Position numbers and translations under genes: made by a program. Shown in pieces: positions 63,886 to 64,000 of a DNA stretch of 64,000 bases (positions are counted from its first letter, which is position 1; the number at the start of each line of letters is the position of its first letter). Location: positions 1 to 64,000 of the IMG/VR virus record IMGVR_UViG_3300042479_000799. The stretch is one strand, 5' to 3'. The DNA comes from a virus (taxonomy: Duplodnaviria; Caudoviricetes). The notes beneath the pieces were generated by a model, which saw only the letters and a list, made by a program, of their open reading frames with translations, was not told the DNA's origin and did not search any database.

Positions 63886-63931
63886 ATTTAAAGAACGATA
63901 TCAACTTAACATTGAAGTTGAATTTAGTCAA
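63886..63931 (-). promoter_or_regulatory. sigma70 promoter plus boxA for tRNA-Arg
   Basis: TTGACT-17-TAAGTT, then GTTCTTTAAAT. Confidence 0.65.
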
Positions 63932-64000
63932 CACTTTTGTTTTAAAAAACTGGAGTGAATGACTTGTTTGGTACTTCAAGGAGAACGTCACCGTTATCTA

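Noticed and set aside
63951-64000. Possible 3' end of another tRNA-like RNA (...ATTCACTCCA then T-rich spacer)
   Set aside because: Truncated by the window edge and without a recognisable T-arm, so it cannot be supported without the adjacent sequence.

Overview
This is a 64 kb segment of a large AT-rich dsDNA bacteriophage (jumbo or huge phage type, T4-like replisome). It is not a cellular chromosome. In order, it carries: a split GT4 glycosyltransferase and a Cas4-like PD-(D/E)XK nuclease; a replication module (family B DNA polymerase, sliding clamp, clamp loader); an ~11 kb very AT-rich glycan-synthesis island (about eight glycosyltransferase-like genes, two FkbM methyltransferases and a nucleotide-sugar epimerase); probable virion genes (SleB-type hydrolase fusion, Ser/Thr-rich fibres); an SF2 helicase, gmd and iscU; a long minus-strand early region driven by sigma70-type promoters (HNH and GIY-YIG nucleases, ThyA/DHFR, dCMP deaminase, DNA ligase, two RNA ligases with kinase and phosphoesterases, TrmH, and host-like pilin, EF-hand, sensor and Ig proteins); and a tRNA array at ~60.4-63.9 kb. 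The array is the most unusual part. It has boxA-like leaders, several non-canonical tRNAs (Gly-ACC, a Gly with an 8-nt anticodon loop, Leu-UAA without a long arm, a UAU tRNA with a long arm), two candidate structured ncRNAs, and a dual-HNH gene flanked by a duplication of the tRNA-Arg 3' end. Host-like proteins hint at a PVC (Verrucomicrobia-like) host, which is inference only. All family assignments come from motif recognition by eye, not from database searches.
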